A stretch of 64,000 bases of DNA, from the IMG/VR virus record IMGVR_UViG_3300045988_108820, positions 32,001 through 96,000 of that record. The stretch is one strand, 5' to 3'. The notes beneath the pieces were generated by a model. The model saw only the letters and a program-made list of their open reading frames with translations. It was not told the DNA's origin and ran no database searches. Positions 62,309 through 64,000 of this stretch are shown here, one piece after another (position 1 is the first letter of the stretch; every line of letters starts with the position of its first letter). Made by a program: the position numbers and the translations under genes. Source of the DNA: a virus.

Positions 62309-62336
62309 TATATAAGAACAAAAGTTGATTGTTTTA

Positions 62337-62370
62337 AGAAAAAAATAGGGAAGAGTATAAACTCTTCCCT
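62337..62370 (-). terminator. rho-independent-type terminator after gene 62377-62595
   Basis: The reverse strand shows AGGGAAGAGT-TTAT-ACTCTTCCCT followed by ATTTTTTT. Confidence 0.7.
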
Positions 62371-62376
62371 TATTAT

Positions 62377-62595
62377 TTATTTATCTGAAATATTAATTGG
62401 ACCAGATGTTTTATAATCTTCAACTCTGTAGGAATCTATAATCAATTCTCCACAGTCTGTTATCCAATCAATCTGTTCTTCTTCAGATGAAGATTTAAAT
62501 TTATTATAATCTTCTTCACTTAACTCAAGTTTAAAATGACCACTTCTAAGAAAGCCTTGAACATAGTCACAGTTTAATGTTATTATTTTAGACAT
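62377..62595 (-). CDS. hypothetical protein (72 aa)
   Basis: ORF track. Confidence 0.55.
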   Translation of the reverse strand: MSKIITLNCDYVQGFLRSGHFKLELSEEDYNKFKSSSEEEQIDWITDCGELIIDSYRVEDYKTSGPINISDK

Positions 62596-62597
62596 AA

Positions 62598-63218
62598 TTA
62601 AATACTATTAGGATAATACAATAAAGTTCCCATAGAGTTCTTATGAACATCTACATCAGGAAAGTCACTACTAAACTCTTTAAAATTAAAGGGTTTAACA
62701 AGTAGGTGACAACCCTGTTTTGTTGGTATAATACCTTTAAGATATAATTCTTCTCTAGTGTTATAGAATGGTATTGTAGGATCTAACTTAAAATAGTTAT
62801 CAAACCACTCTAAGAGTAATTTCTTTATTTCTACATCATCAACATCTACAATCCATACAGGATTCTTTGAAGTTAATGCTCCTGCCGCACTATTAAGAGT
62901 TTTTCTTGGGTTCTGAATATTACCCTCACATACTAATGAAACCAGCTTTACTAACATAAGTTTTTGTAACCTTTCAAAGCTTTTTGGACTTACATTAATA
63001 TATGCTCTTGCTCCATAATGCTCACAAAGAAGAATCACCTCAGGCATTACTTTCCTAAGATGTTCTTCATCCCTTATAAAATAGGTTTTAATAGCTTCTT
63101 CCTTTACCTTTTCATCCTTATGGTCTTTTGCTCTACATACTATTTGCATGTGACAAAATACTTTTGGATCATCTTTTGGCAGTAAAAGAGCTATTAGTTC
63201 TAGATTATTAATTACCAT
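62598..63218 (-). CDS. hypothetical protein (206 aa)
   Basis: ORF track, overlapping the upstream gene by 11 nt. I recognised no motif. Confidence 0.6.
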   Translation of the reverse strand: MVINNLELIALLLPKDDPKVFCHMQIVCRAKDHKDEKVKEEAIKTYFIRDEEHLRKVMPEVILLCEHYGARAYINVSPKSFERLQKLMLVKLVSLVCEGNIQNPRKTLNSAAGALTSKNPVWIVDVDDVEIKKLLLEWFDNYFKLDPTIPFYNTREELYLKGIIPTKQGCHLLVKPFNFKEFSSDFPDVDVHKNSMGTLLYYPNSI

Positions 63219-63771
63219 ATTCCGTCTTTCTATAAGATTTTAACTCTTTTTTGTAAGCTTCTGTATTAACATAGCCACAACAATTAAGTTCTCTACAAAA
63301 ACCACTATACACACAGTTGGGAACCATCTTATCAGCCATAACCTCATCTTGCTTGGCAATCTCAGATTTAACAGCTCTCCATGCTTCTTGTGTTTCTTTA
63401 GATGCACATCTACATAGTCTTTTTCTACTAATATTAATCAGAGTTTGGGCATTGACTACAAAGTCTTGATCATTCTCAGAGCCTTGTGGAAGTTCATCTC
63501 TACTACAATTAAGTTTTCTTCTATCTTCTCTTTGAGTATGAATAAAAGGTAACATGTGTTCATGTCTTAGCAAATGAACTCCAACCCATTGTCTAAGATT
63601 TTTAAAATGAATACAATATTCAATAAGTTTGATAGGACTATGTTCTGCAAGAAGAACCTTTGCCTTCCAAGTATTACTCGGTTCCTTATGCAAAGACTCT
63701 TTACCAATAGTCCTTCTAGCTGCATCTAGTGCTCTACTCCAAGGAGTTTCCTGTACTACTGTTACTTCCAT
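63208..63771 (-). CDS. divergent ThyX-like (flavin-dependent thymidylate synthase-like) protein
   Basis: YCIHFKNLRQWVGVHLLRHEHMLPFIHTQREDR resembles the ThyX core ...ql.RHR..s...qSqRY, and NAQTLINISRKRLCRCASKETQEAW resembles N.R.l.hf..lR....AQ.EIR. However RHR is RHE here and the protein is short (187 aa). Confidence 0.4.
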   Translation of the reverse strand: MEVTVVQETPWSRALDAARRTIGKESLHKEPSNTWKAKVLLAEHSPIKLIEYCIHFKNLRQWVGVHLLRHEHMLPFIHTQREDRRKLNCSRDELPQGSENDQDFVVNAQTLINISRKRLCRCASKETQEAWRAVKSEIAKQDEVMADKMVPNCVYSGFCRELNCCGYVNTEAYKKELKSYRKTEYGN

Positions 63772-63935
63772 ATTCTTTAATCTTATTATTAATAACCTCT
63801 GACTTTACAATCCCATATCAAGTTTCTAACACTTCCTCTCAGTAAAGATACAATCACATTTACTACATTTATATGCATGAAATGCAGTTCCATGCTTAAT
63901 TACTTTAATCATTATTTTCTTTATAATTTAATTCA

Positions 63936-64000
63936 TTATACGAGCGGATATGCTTCTTTGATTAAATCTTTAAAGCATTCTTTAAACCTTTCTGCCATTT
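63936..64000 (-). CDS. 3' end of an ORF entering from beyond the window end (or a 20-aa ORF)
   Basis: The reverse strand reads ...MAERFKECFKDLIKEAYPLV then stop. The upstream extent cannot be seen. Confidence 0.2.
   Translation of the reverse strand, partial: MAERFKECFKDLIKEAYPLV

Noticed and set aside
1-64000. Stop-codon reassignment (TAG or TGA recoding, known in some crAss-like lineages)
   Set aside because: ORFs of 1-9 kb are intact under the standard code, gene ends coincide with terminators or with the next start, and none of the 15 tRNAs has a CTA, TCA or TTA anticodon.

Overview
This window looks like a contiguous piece of a crAss-like (Crassvirales) phage of a Bacteroidota host. 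It is very AT-rich, roughly 30% G+C by eye (not computed). All coordinates come from hand folding and hand translation, so expect about +/-2 nt on RNA ends; no database search was possible.

Layout:
- 1-5730: a minus-strand block. It holds small genes, a 7-tRNA array with a Myb/SANT-like gene and a 115-nt structured RNA inside it, small membrane/lipoprotein genes, and three insulated mini-genes.
- 5780-7443: a plus-strand 8-tRNA array. It holds a ferredoxin:thioredoxin-reductase-like gene, small membrane ORFs and a T-arm-less tRNA-like remnant.
- 7516-49015: a long plus-strand morphogenesis block. It contains small Zn-ribbon proteins, a GroES-like co-chaperonin, a large terminase interrupted by an intein in its P-loop, the portal, fibre and beta-helix tail-spike proteins, a lysis cassette, scaffold, major capsid protein, head/tail proteins, and very large tail/cargo proteins. 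One cargo protein is 2572 aa and ends in a PD-(D/E)xK nuclease domain.
- 49058-62251: a convergent minus-strand operon. It encodes a 3115-aa polyvalent protein (ADP-ribosyltransferase, two HExxH modules and the DFDVD double-psi beta-barrel of a virion RNA polymerase), followed by a 1281-aa protein.
- 62377-64000: minus-strand small genes, including a divergent ThyX-like ORF.

Regulation and what is absent:
- Host-type promoters (TTG-N19-20-TAnnTTTG) and hairpin terminators punctuate the operons.
- I saw no integrase, no CRISPR array and no sign of stop-codon recoding.

Most interesting candidates:
- the three insulated early-type mini-genes at 4073-5729, which share a private ~33-nt upstream motif and include two paralogous 103-aa proteins
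- the structured RNA at 2924-3038 inside the tRNA array
- non-canonical tRNAs and a tRNA-like remnant
- the Ala1 (class-3-like) intein in the terminase
- the polyvalent RNA polymerase and nuclease cargo proteins
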